This document shows positions 41,755 to 51,188 of a stretch of 64,000 nucleotides of DNA, in pieces (within the stretch, counting starts at the first letter, position 1; every line of letters begins with the position of its first letter). The notes beneath the pieces are model-generated. The model had not been told where the DNA came from. It saw only the letters and a program-made list of their open reading frames with translations, and searched no databases. A program made the position numbers and the translations under genes. This stretch comes from a bacterium. GTDB lineage: Bacteria > UBA8248 > JACPRG01 > G963555815. Location of the stretch: assembly GCA_965218795.1 (NCBI GenBank), contig OZ244653.1, forward strand, positions 2,752,001-2,816,000, in the 5' to 3' direction.

Positions 41755-42972
41755 TCAAGGCTTCTCCGTCGTCGAGGGAAGGAGCCAGGCGGCAGCCGCG
41801 GCGGGTATCCAGGCCAGAAAGAGAAGGGCGATGGCGGTCGGCAATCCGACGCGATCGGCCAGAAAGCCGATGTAAAGAATGCCTGCGCTCCCCACCGTCC
41901 ACGTGACCCCCATCATCAGGCTCGACGCGGTGCTCGCGCTTTCGGGAACCAGTTCCTGAGCCAATGCGATTGTGACCCCCAAGGTTGCGATCGCCACCAT
42001 GCCGAGCGCAGCGAGAAAGATCCACAGAAGCGGTCCCCGGGTCCAGAGGAATCCGTAGGAGAGCGGGATCGAAGAGACCATTGTGACCAGGAGGATTCGC
42101 CGGCGTCCCACACGGTCCGCCAATCGCCCTCCAATCAGACTGCCCACCGCCCCCGCTCCGATGAATGTCGAAACCGAGGCGCCCGCGGGCACCAGCCCAT
42201 AGCCCTTTTGTATCATGAGCAGGGGCAGGAAGCTGCTCAAACCGACCATCACGCACGTTCGCAGGGCCTCCATAATCCAGAGCAAGGCCAGCGGACGGAA
42301 GTTTCTCCGAAACGGTTTCAGGAATTCCTCGAATCCGGTCCAGGGCTGATGGGCTTGAACCGGTTCCCAACGGCTCCGGACGGCGAGGGCGATCGCCAGC
42401 GCCGGCAGAGCCGTCAGGAGAAGGTAATCGGGTCCGAAGTACGCGGCGACGGGAGCGGCCATGAGCGGGCCGACCGCGTAGCCCGTCCGCCCCGCGGTCA
42501 TGAAGACGGCCATGCTGAAAGCGCGGGACCGGCCCGCGGCCTCGCCTGCGATGGCGGCCGATTGGGGGTGAAAGGCGGCCGTCGAGAGGCCCGCCACGCA
42601 CAAGAGGAGGAGCGCCACCCAGTAGGCCGGCGCCCACGCTATCGCGCTGATCAGGACGCCGGTCACCAGAAGGCCCCAGACCGGAAACTTGAACCTGGGG
42701 AAGCGGTCTGACAGAAACCCGAAGGGCAGTTGTCCCAAAGATGCAAGTAAAGAATACGCCATCAGCAATGCGGCCCCAAGCGTCATCGACAATTGAAACT
42801 TGGGCAGAAGGATCGGCAGATAAACCGAAAGAGAGCCTGTATATGAATCCAGCATGAGATGGCCGGCCGCGACCCAGTACACCTGTGCGTGAACCGCTCT
42901 CGGCCCGGAAACCGGTGGAGCGCTCTGTTGAACGGGCGCTGAGATCTCCAGATCGGTTTCGGTTGCGCTCAT
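41755..42972 (-). CDS. MFS transporter (Fsr-like)
   Basis: GHLMLD, QLPFGFLSDR, AFHP, GGRLADRVGRR; about 12 TM. Confidence 0.9.
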   Translation of the reverse strand: MSATETDLEISAPVQQSAPPVSGPRAVHAQVYWVAAGHLMLDSYTGSLSVYLPILLPKFQLSMTLGAALLMAYSLLASLGQLPFGFLSDRFPRFKFPVWGLLVTGVLISAIAWAPAYWVALLLLCVAGLSTAAFHPQSAAIAGEAAGRSRAFSMAVFMTAGRTGYAVGPLMAAPVAAYFGPDYLLLTALPALAIALAVRSRWEPVQAHQPWTGFEEFLKPFRRNFRPLALLWIMEALRTCVMVGLSSFLPLLMIQKGYGLVPAGASVSTFIGAGAVGSLIGGRLADRVGRRRILLVTMVSSIPLSYGFLWTRGPLLWIFLAALGMVAIATLGVTIALAQELVPESASTASSLMMGVTWTVGSAGILYIGFLADRVGLPTAIALLFLAWIPAAAAAWLLPSTTEKP

Positions 42973-43124
42973 GTCGCTTGGTCACTAGAGTCTGGAATGG
43001 GGCGCTCGCCAAGGAATCCGGAGCATCATACAACGAATGGGTTCACCCTGGGGATATGCCGAGGAAGCACGACGCAATGGAGGAATGTCCGCGATCATCC
43101 GTTCAAGAGGATTGGACGGCAAAG

Positions 43125-43817
43125 TCATCCTGATTCAACCGCTTGCAGCAAAATCTCCCGATATCCCTCCAATGCGGCCTCACCCGTTTTCCCCGCCGGC
43201 TTGACGACTCGCAGGATCCCGTTTTCGTCGAAGGCTTTTTCCGCGCCGAAAGGGTTGTGGTAGACCTCGCCGTTTGGCAGCACAAACGTCGGACTGGTCA
43301 TGGGCCGCCCTTCTTCATCCCGCATACGAAGAGCTTCCCGGCAATCCTCCATGATCCGTCTCTTATAGGTTCCATTGTCGAAGTCTTTCGTGAATCGATC
43401 CACATCCAGACCCGCTTCGCCGGCGATCTCGATCAGGGTGTTCCGCAGGTGAATCCACCGGCTTTCATGATACAAGGCTCGTCGCACGCGGTAGTCATAG
43501 TCGAAGGCGCGGAGCGGATCCTGGGCGAAGGCGCATTCATACGCTTCGGACGCGAGGGAAACGGCATCCGGATATCCCTCGTTGTCCCATGGGCGGAAGT
43601 CGCAGAGCGGCTCTTCTTGGGCCGCGAGCGGGATTTCCTGGTCGATGACGTGCCTGGGCGCTGGGGTGCCGTCGATGATGTCCAGCGGGAAAGCCCGCCA
43701 GTGGATGATGAGTGGGTCCTGAAATTCGGAGAGAACGGCTTTCAGCCTCGCCGAGGCGACGTACGCCCAGGGTCACTGGTACTCAGCATAAACGTCGATA
43801 GTGGGAGGGTTCGTCAT
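43125..43817 (-). CDS. DsbA/FrnE-family thioredoxin-fold selenoprotein (230 aa, U15)
   Basis: ATG 43817: MTNPPTIDVYAEYQ-U-PWAYVAS..IHWRAFPL, open through to the 43125..43487 ORF with cis-Pro motif SPTF; TGA at 43773-43775; GCCUC-GGC-GAGGC hairpin. Confidence 0.82.
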
Positions 43818-44062
43818 CTGTTGAATCTCCGGGAGGGTGTCTGGAAGGAAAAGTATACCATGGACGCCGAAGCGGAACGGGCGCAGATCCAATCCCGTCC
43901 CGGCGTGCGCGGGAACCCGTTCAGGCGGCCTTCTGAAATTCGTATCGAAGTTTGTTCGCTTCGTGGCTTCCCCGTCAGACCTTGCAACGCGAACGCCCCG
44001 AGACCGTTCAAGCCGAATGCCGGCACCGCAATCAGAAGGGTAAGCGAAAACTCATCACCGTA

Positions 44063-44093
44063 TTGACATTTGGCCAAATGATGCGAAAATAAT
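44063..44093 (+). promoter_or_regulatory. Promoter with palindromic operator
   Basis: TTGACA at 44063; perfect 14-bp palindrome CATTTGGCCAAATG at 44067-44080; AT-rich -10 region. Confidence 0.5.
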
Positions 44094-44129
44094 ACGAAAT
44101 AATATTCCAGCTTTCAGGAGGTCAAAGAA

Positions 44130-45215
44130 ATGGCGAACATCAATCCATCCATTCGGGGCAGGGGGGCCGCGGGAAATCCGCACAACCGATTCGAGAGACT
44201 GGAGTACGTCCAGGACGATGACCTGGCCCCCGGAAGCCTCTCATCCAGCGAGACGCGCGCCCCCGAAAGCCTGTTTTTCAAGGATCCATCGCGCTCGATC
44301 GTCGCCTTCAACCAAAGTCCGGATATCGGATTCGACGCGAGCGTGAATCCCTACCGCGGATGCGAGCACGGCTGCATCTATTGTTACGCCCGCCCCACGC
44401 ATGAATACCTGGGGTTCTCCCTCGGTCTCGATTTTGAAACGAGGATCATGGTGAAAGAGGGAGCGCATCTCCTGTTGCGAAAGAACCTGTCCTCTCCCCG
44501 GTGGAAACCCCAGGTGGTAGTCCTCAGCGGCGTCACGGATTCCTACCAGCCGGCGGAGCGCCGCCTTGCGCTCACGCGCCGTTGCCTTGAGGTCTTCCTT
44601 GAGTTTCGGAACCCGGTCGCCGTGGTCACAAAAAGCCGGCTTGTCGTTCGGGATGTGGATCTCCTTGCCGGGTTGGCGAAATTCGATGCATCCGCAGTGT
44701 TTCTGTCGATCACCACACTGGATGACCGTTTGAGCCGACTGATGGAGCCGCGCGCCTCCCTCCCCGAAAGGCGGCTGGAGGCGATCCGGCAACTTCGTCA
44801 GGGGGGGGTCCCCGTCGGCGTTCTCGTCGCGCCCGTCATACCGGGCCTGACCGATCACGAGCTTCCGTCCATCATCAAAGCCGCCGCTGAGGCCGGGGCC
44901 GGGTTTGCGGGGTACACGACACTGCGCCTTCCTCACGGCCTTTCCTCGCTTTTCGAGGATTGGCTGATTCGGCACTTCCCGGATGCAGCTCACAAAGTCT
45001 TGAACCGGCTGAGGGCCATCAGGGGGGGACGGTTGAACGACCCGCGTTTTCATCAGCGGATGAGAGGTGAGGGGCCGTTCGCTGAGCAGATCGAGAATCT
45101 TTTTACCGTTGCCTGCCGGAAAGCCGGATTGCTCGGCCATCAGCCGAAGCTTTCGACAGCGTCATTCCGTCCATCGGGGAATTCGCAGTTGGCGCTGTTC
45201 GCAGACACATCGTAG
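44130..45215 (+). CDS. PA0069-family (SPL-like) radical SAM protein
   Basis: RGRGA..NP.NRF, NPYRGCEHGCIYCYARPTHEYLG, QLALF C-terminal motif. Confidence 0.92.
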   Translation: MANINPSIRGRGAAGNPHNRFERLEYVQDDDLAPGSLSSSETRAPESLFFKDPSRSIVAFNQSPDIGFDASVNPYRGCEHGCIYCYARPTHEYLGFSLGLDFETRIMVKEGAHLLLRKNLSSPRWKPQVVVLSGVTDSYQPAERRLALTRRCLEVFLEFRNPVAVVTKSRLVVRDVDLLAGLAKFDASAVFLSITTLDDRLSRLMEPRASLPERRLEAIRQLRQGGVPVGVLVAPVIPGLTDHELPSIIKAAAEAGAGFAGYTTLRLPHGLSSLFEDWLIRHFPDAAHKVLNRLRAIRGGRLNDPRFHQRMRGEGPFAEQIENLFTVACRKAGLLGHQPKLSTASFRPSGNSQLALFADTS

Positions 45216-45259
45216 TGAACGCGGCGCTCTCCGCGACTTGCATGCCTTCGGTTCGATGG

Positions 45260-46102
45260 TCATCGGTGAAGGCGGACCGCTTTGAATGCCTGAGTGACCT
45301 CCGGGACAGCCTTCTCGATAGGGAACCGCTCGGCCGAGGAACCGCCTACATATCCGTCCAGGCGGCCTTCCCGCTTCAGCAATGCCTCGAAATTTTCGGG
45401 CGACTCGAGAAACCCGCCGTGACAGGTCAGGATACAGTCACCGTATGAACCGGCCAGAGCGTCGCAGATGGCGGCCGCGCGCCCGGCGGCTTCATCCAAC
45501 TCGACGACGGACTTCGAGCCGACAGTCCCCCCCGAAGAGTTGCCGATGTGAATGATTACGTTGTCCACGCCGGCCTCGGCCATGGCCAGCGCTTCTTCGG
45601 GTGACGTGCAAAAGGCCTTGGTGAAGAACCCCATTCGGCAGGCCTCTCCGAGCATCGCCACTTCTTTTGAAAACCCCATGCCCGTCTCTTCCAACGCTCG
45701 GCGGAAGCTGCCGTCAATCAGAGCGATGGTCGGGCAGTTCATCACACCGTCGAAACCCGCTGCCTGCACCCTGGCAAGGAAACGGGGCATATCGCGCGTA
45801 GGGTCCGTGCCGAGAAGGCCGGCGACGACCGGACAATCCGTCACAACGTTCAGAATAGACCGCTCGCCCAGCTCCAGTGTCATTTCGTTGGCGTCCCCGA
45901 TGGGCAGGTATCCGGCCATGGAACTGAGACCCTGCATGCGGAAGTGGGCGAGGTTGAAGGTGGTGATCAGATCGGCGCCGCCCCGGGCCGCGAACTTGGC
46001 CGTGATTCCGCTCCCGCAGAGCGCGTCGTAAATGGCGCGTCCTTTGTCGCGCTCGGCCCGGAGGCGAGACACCGCCTCGTCTTTTGTGAATCGACCGGCC
46101 AT
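45260..46102 (-). CDS. Phosphoenolpyruvate-hydrolase-like TIM-barrel protein
   Basis: GSGITAKF..GGADLI, GDAN, GTDP, PTIALIDG.FR..LEETGMG, CHGG, GGSSAERFP. Confidence 0.85.
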   Translation of the reverse strand: MAGRFTKDEAVSRLRAERDKGRAIYDALCGSGITAKFAARGGADLITTFNLAHFRMQGLSSMAGYLPIGDANEMTLELGERSILNVVTDCPVVAGLLGTDPTRDMPRFLARVQAAGFDGVMNCPTIALIDGSFRRALEETGMGFSKEVAMLGEACRMGFFTKAFCTSPEEALAMAEAGVDNVIIHIGNSSGGTVGSKSVVELDEAAGRAAAICDALAGSYGDCILTCHGGFLESPENFEALLKREGRLDGYVGGSSAERFPIEKAVPEVTQAFKAVRLHR

Positions 46103-46461
46103 TCGTTGGCTCCTCCTCCCCAAGACAGCAACTGCACCCATCGTCAATTTGGGTTCCTGAGTTCGATCTTTCCAATCAAGTTACGAATTGAAATCAACCG
46201 CGTCATTCAATGACATGGAAACATTCGGGTTTGACTCGTAAAGCGGAGCCGTGATAGAGATTCTCATCGACATGGAATCTGAAAGAGTCCGTTCGGCGGT
46301 GAGGCGCTCACACGCGATCTTTGTGGCTTGAGCCGATCATCGTGCAGGGCAATCGCGCCTCCCCCAGTGGAGGCATGGATACGCCAGTTTCCCACAAAAG
46401 CGTAAGTGTCAATCGACCGATTTCGCCGGATCACGGGAGTTTCAACCCCGGGAGGTAACTG

Positions 46462-47823
46462 ATGAACAGGGAGCAAGCGAAAAGACGACTGAAACAGGAC
46501 AAGGTGGAGTTCATTCTCGCCCAGTTTGTGGATGTCTACGGCTCGGCGAAGGTGAAGCTGGTGCCGGTCGAACATTTCGACGACTTGTGCGCGGACGGCG
46601 CCGGGTTTGCCGGGGCGGCGGTCTGGGGTCTGGGGCAGGGTCCCCACAGCCATGACATGATGGCGAAGCCCGACCTCGCTTCCTACACGTCGATTCCCTG
46701 GAAACCCGGTCTGGCCCGCTTCGCCTGCAACATCTTCGTGGACGACGAGCCGCATCCCTATTGCAGCCGAACCCGGCTTCAGCAAGTCCTCCAGGAGCTT
46801 CGGAAGGAGGGTTACGTTTTCAACGTGGGGATGGAGCCCGAGCACTTCCTGGTCCGGCGGGACGAGCTCGGACGGATTGTCGTGGACGACCCGGACGGCG
46901 TCGACACCTTGGACAAGCCTTGTTACGACTTCAAGGGAATGTCGGGCCAGCTCGATTATCTCCAGACCCTGACCCGCTACATGAATCAGCTTGGGTGGGA
47001 CGTTTATCAGGTGGACCACGAGGACGCCAACGGCCAGTACGAGATTAACTTCATGTTCGCGGACGCGATGACGACCGCGGACCGGTACATCCTGTTCAAG
47101 ATGATGACCAGTCAGGTGGCCAAATCCTTCGGCTGTATCGCCACCCACATGGGCAAGCCCTTCGCCGATCGCACCGGAAGCGGGGCCCATTTCCATTTCT
47201 CCATCGCAAGCGCCAAGACGGGCAAGAACTTGTTCATCGACAAGAAGGATCCCAAGGGGCTGGGCAAGTCGGAGTTCGCCTATCACTTTCTTGGGGGATT
47301 GATTCACCACGCGCGCCCCCTGGCGGCTCTGACTTCGCCCACGGTCAATTGCTACAAGCGGCTTCAGATGGGGGACGCCCTGTACGGCAGCCGGTCCGGC
47401 TTCACCTGGACTCCCGCATTCATCTCATACGGGGATAATAACCGGACCCAGATGTTTCGAACCCCGGACGAGGCCCGTTTCGAGGACCGGTCGGTTTCGG
47501 CGGCCTGCAACCCCTATCTTGCGATGGCGGCCTACGTCAAGGCCGGCATGGACGGTGTCCACAAGAAACTCGATCCCGGCGAGCCCAACATCGGCCAGAA
47601 CATGTATGAGCTCACCGCCGGCGACCTCAAGCAACGGCATGTCCAGATCCTTCCTCAGAGTCTTGGGGAGGCCCTGGATGCCCTGGGAGGCGACAAGGTC
47701 GTGCAATCCGCGCTGGGGCAGCCGCTGTATGACGAGTTTCTGGCGGTGAAGCGGCGGGAATGGGTCCAGTACAGCCGGTGCGTCACGCAATGGGAAGTGG
47801 ACCGCTTCCTGACGGCCATTTGA
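46462..47823 (+). CDS. gmaS: Type III glutamine-synthetase-like gamma-glutamylmethylamide synthetase
   Basis: AQFVD..G..K.KLVP, GAGFAG, KPCYD, DHEDANGQYEINF, YGDNNRT; context with mgs and sox genes. Confidence 0.85.
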   Translation: MNREQAKRRLKQDKVEFILAQFVDVYGSAKVKLVPVEHFDDLCADGAGFAGAAVWGLGQGPHSHDMMAKPDLASYTSIPWKPGLARFACNIFVDDEPHPYCSRTRLQQVLQELRKEGYVFNVGMEPEHFLVRRDELGRIVVDDPDGVDTLDKPCYDFKGMSGQLDYLQTLTRYMNQLGWDVYQVDHEDANGQYEINFMFADAMTTADRYILFKMMTSQVAKSFGCIATHMGKPFADRTGSGAHFHFSIASAKTGKNLFIDKKDPKGLGKSEFAYHFLGGLIHHARPLAALTSPTVNCYKRLQMGDALYGSRSGFTWTPAFISYGDNNRTQMFRTPDEARFEDRSVSAACNPYLAMAAYVKAGMDGVHKKLDPGEPNIGQNMYELTAGDLKQRHVQILPQSLGEALDALGGDKVVQSALGQPLYDEFLAVKRREWVQYSRCVTQWEVDRFLTAI

Positions 47824-47950
47824 ATTCATGTCCGCCCACAACCATGTCCGAGGCGTCCCCTGGGAGGATTCGTTGAAGTCCATGGGGTTCCATGCTAAAT
47901 AGTCTCCTGAAGAACAGAGCCGGTTTCTCTCTCTAGGGTTTCCCGAGAAC

Positions 47951-48892
47951 ATGTGCGGAATCGCTGGAATCCTGTACAAAGGCAGTGCGTCCGACCCCAA
48001 CCGTTCGGTGGGACGGGACATGATTGGGATGCTCGAATCCATGCGGCATCGGGGGGCGGATTCCACCGGTGTCACGATCCTTGGAGAGAGCATTTCGGGA
48101 AATCTCCTCCTGCGCCTCCACGCTCCGAAGAGCAGCCTCAACGGCGGGAATGGGCGCGACCCGCAGCGGGACGAATGGATTCAGCAGTCCCTCCACGCCA
48201 TCGAGGGTTCGGGGGCGAAGATCCTCGACCGGTCGGGTGAGAACCGCTTTCTGCGCCTGACGCTGGACTATGATGGAGATGTGCGGGACCTGGCGGAGGC
48301 CCTCTATGGACTCCCGGACGTTCAGATTCACAGCATCGGACGCTGCTCGGAAGTGATCAAGGACGTGGGGGATGCCGATGAGCTGGAAACCCGCCATCAC
48401 ATTGCCGCCTTGAACGGTACCCACGCCCTCGGCCATGTCCGGCTGGCCACTGAGAGCCAGGTGGACATCACGCATTCCCATCCGTTTTGGGCCTTCCCGT
48501 TTTGTGACATCACCGTGGTCCACAATGGCCAATTGACCAATTACCACAAGATGAAGAGGCTGTTCGAACAGGCGGGCTATCGTTTCCAGACTCAGAACGA
48601 CTCCGAGCTCATCGCCGTCTACCTCGCGCACCACCTGGAACGGGATGAAGACCTGGAGCGGACCCTTCATCGCGCACTGGGCGATCTGGACGGAACCTTT
48701 ACCTTCCTGGTTTCGACGCCGACTGGACTCGGTTGCGCGAAGGACCAATGGTCCGCCAAGCCGCTGGTCATCATGGAGCGTCATGACGTCGTGGCCGTCG
48801 CCTCCGAGGAGGTGGCGCTCCGCCAGGTGTTTCCGGAAGAGATCGAGCGGTTCGAACCGCAGGAAAATGAGGTCATGACGTGGTCGATCTAG
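47951..48892 (+). CDS. mgsA: N-methylglutamate synthase subunit A (class II amidotransferase)
   Basis: MCGIAG, HRGADSTG, GHVRLATES, VHNGQLTN. Confidence 0.85.
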   Translation: MCGIAGILYKGSASDPNRSVGRDMIGMLESMRHRGADSTGVTILGESISGNLLLRLHAPKSSLNGGNGRDPQRDEWIQQSLHAIEGSGAKILDRSGENRFLRLTLDYDGDVRDLAEALYGLPDVQIHSIGRCSEVIKDVGDADELETRHHIAALNGTHALGHVRLATESQVDITHSHPFWAFPFCDITVVHNGQLTNYHKMKRLFEQAGYRFQTQNDSELIAVYLAHHLERDEDLERTLHRALGDLDGTFTFLVSTPTGLGCAKDQWSAKPLVIMERHDVVAVASEEVALRQVFPEEIERFEPQENEVMTWSI

Positions 48893-49563
48893 ACGCCCAA
48901 GGAAAATCGACCCGCGAAATCAATCAATCCCTCAAAAAGTTCGCGGCCCGGGGGGAGGAGGTGCATCTTCTCAACCCGCAGGCGAGGCATAACCTGGCAG
49001 TTGCGGTCTTCCATCCATTTCAATTGGTGATCGAAGGAAGCGTCGGTTATTTTGCCGCGAGCTTGTGCGATGGTCCGGATGTCTCCATTCGGGGAAACGC
49101 GGGCTGGGCGGCGGGGGATAACTTGATGAGGGGCCGCGTCCGCGTGGCGAAGAACGCCGGGGCCTCATGCGGTTGTACCATTCACGGCGGCGAGATCATC
49201 GTCGGCGGAAACGTGGGCGCCCGGTGCGGAATCTCCATGAAGGGAGGGACCATCCTGGTCGGCGGGAACGCCGGCTACCTGACTGGCTACATGATGCAGC
49301 GCGGCCGGATCATCGTCTGCGGTGACGTGGGCGACGGGGTCGGTGATTCCATGTATGAAGGCGCAATCTATGTCGGGGGAAGGATCGGCGCCCTGGGAAA
49401 CGACGCCAGGCTCGAGGATTTGGAGGCCGGCGAAGCGGAGTCTTTGATGGACATGTTGGGCCGGCACGAAATCTCCGCCAGGCCCGCGTTCAAGAAGATC
49501 GTGTGCGAGGGCAGGCTCTATCACTTCGATAAGCTGGAGCTCCTTGAACGGCAGGTCGTCTGA
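48880..49563 (+). CDS. mgsB: N-methylglutamate synthase subunit B (GXGXG domain)
   Basis: GSVGYFA, GNAG, GARCGISMKGG repeats. Confidence 0.85.
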   Translation: MVDLDAQGKSTREINQSLKKFAARGEEVHLLNPQARHNLAVAVFHPFQLVIEGSVGYFAASLCDGPDVSIRGNAGWAAGDNLMRGRVRVAKNAGASCGCTIHGGEIIVGGNVGARCGISMKGGTILVGGNAGYLTGYMMQRGRIIVCGDVGDGVGDSMYEGAIYVGGRIGALGNDARLEDLEAGEAESLMDMLGRHEISARPAFKKIVCEGRLYHFDKLELLERQVV

Positions 49564-49577
49564 GGAACCCCCGATCG

Positions 49578-50879
49578 ATGATTGAAACCACAAATCCGAC
49601 CTGGAGTCCCGACGTCATCCGGGACATTCACGCCAAGGCCGACCTCGGAAGGTACCGTCTCAGCAGCTATTGCACCTTTCAACGTGTCCCTCACTTTGAC
49701 GATCTCGTTTTTCTCTCCACAGGACTGACGCGCTTTCCCCTGGAAGGCTATCGGGAAAAGTGCGAGACCAAGACCGTTCTTGGGCGCCGGTTCGCCCAGG
49801 AACCCCTTGAGCTTGACATCCCGATCTACGTCAGCGGTATGAGCTACGGGGCCTTATCGCGGAACGCGAAGACCGCCTTGGGATTGGGCGCGACGAAGGT
49901 CGGTACGGCGACCTGCACCGGTGATGGGGGCATGCTCAAGGAAGAGCGCGAGGCGTCGAAAAAACTGATCTACCAGGTGTTGCCCAGCCGCTACGGTTTC
50001 GATCCCCATCACCTGGTCGGGGCCGAGGCCGTTGAGGTCGTCGTCGGCCAGGGGGCTAAACCCGGCACGGGCGGAATGCTCATGGGCATGAAGGTGCGGG
50101 ACGACGTGGCCGAGCAGCGGGTCCTCCCGGCGGGAATCGATCAACGCAGCCCGGCCCGGCATCCCGACTGGCTGGGACCGGACGATCTGGCCATCAAGGT
50201 GGAACAAATCAGGGAAGCCACGGACGGTCGGATACCGGTCCACATCAAGCTGCCGGCCTGTCGCGTCAGAGATGACGTGAAGCTGGCGGCCAAGTGCGGC
50301 GCCGATGCGATCGTCCTTGACGGCATGCAGGCAGGGACCGGGACCTCGGGAAAGATCCTCTTGGATCACAGCGGGATTCCCACGATGGCGGCCATCCCTG
50401 CCGCACGCGAGGCCCTTCAGGAGATCGGGCTCTACGGCGAGATCTCCCTGATCGTCTCGGGCGGGATCCGGAGTGGGGCGGACGTCGCCAAGGCCTTGGC
50501 GCTGGGCGCCGACGCCTGCGCCGTCGGGGTCGCCGCGCTCATCGCCCTGAACTGCAATCGGGAGATCCCGGAATCCGATTTTGAAAAGGAAGTCGGCGTG
50601 CCCGCCGGTTCTTGCAACAAGTGCCATACGGGACGGTGCCCGGTGGGCGTTGCCACTCAGGATCCGGAGTTGGAAAAGCGCCTCCATCCCGAGGAGGCGG
50701 GCGAGCGTGTCGCCAACTTCCTCAACGCCTGCACCATGGAGGCCGCGCTCTTGGCGCGGTCCCTTGGAAAAGGCAACATCCACAGCCTGGAGCCCGAGGA
50801 CCTGGCCGCACTGACTATCGAGGCCTCAGCGATGGCCCGGGTTCCGCTGGCCGGCACCGAACGGGTTTTTGGTTCATAA
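49578..50879 (+). CDS. mgsC: N-methylglutamate synthase subunit C (FMN glutamate-synthase domain)
   Basis: GMSYGALS, TGDGGM, GQGAKPGTGG, CNKCHTGRCPVGVATQD. Confidence 0.88.
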   Translation: MIETTNPTWSPDVIRDIHAKADLGRYRLSSYCTFQRVPHFDDLVFLSTGLTRFPLEGYREKCETKTVLGRRFAQEPLELDIPIYVSGMSYGALSRNAKTALGLGATKVGTATCTGDGGMLKEEREASKKLIYQVLPSRYGFDPHHLVGAEAVEVVVGQGAKPGTGGMLMGMKVRDDVAEQRVLPAGIDQRSPARHPDWLGPDDLAIKVEQIREATDGRIPVHIKLPACRVRDDVKLAAKCGADAIVLDGMQAGTGTSGKILLDHSGIPTMAAIPAAREALQEIGLYGEISLIVSGGIRSGADVAKALALGADACAVGVAALIALNCNREIPESDFEKEVGVPAGSCNKCHTGRCPVGVATQDPELEKRLHPEEAGERVANFLNACTMEAALLARSLGKGNIHSLEPEDLAALTIEASAMARVPLAGTERVFGS

Positions 50880-50903
50880 AGTCAACGCAATGACGCGAAT
50901 ATC

Positions 50904-51188
50904 ATGTCCTTTTTGATTCCGTGTCCGCATTGTGGTCCGCGCAGCGTCTATGAATTCCGTTACGGTGGTGAAGTCAAGAAGCGGCCCGCGCCCGATGCCT
51001 CCCATAAAGAATGGACCCGGTACAATTACCTCCAGGCCAATGTTGCCGGGGAACAAGAAGAATGGTGGTTCCACCGGGACGGCTGCAGGGCCTGGTTCCT
51101 GGCGGAGCGGAACACGAAAACCAATCGAGTCATCCGGACGTGGTGGCCGGAGGCTGATCCGGCCGTGGAGGTGCCGGATTCCCCATGA
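50904..51188 (+). CDS. soxD: Sarcosine-oxidase delta-like subunit (N-methylglutamate dehydrogenase)
   Basis: IPCPHCGPR..EF.YGGE, EWWFH..GC..WF..ERNT. Confidence 0.9.
   Translation: MSFLIPCPHCGPRSVYEFRYGGEVKKRPAPDASHKEWTRYNYLQANVAGEQEEWWFHRDGCRAWFLAERNTKTNRVIRTWWPEADPAVEVPDSP

Noticed and set aside
47930-47950. CTAGGGTTTCCCGAGA resembling a guanidine-I riboswitch
   Set aside because: Too short; it lacks the intervening stem and the second hairpin
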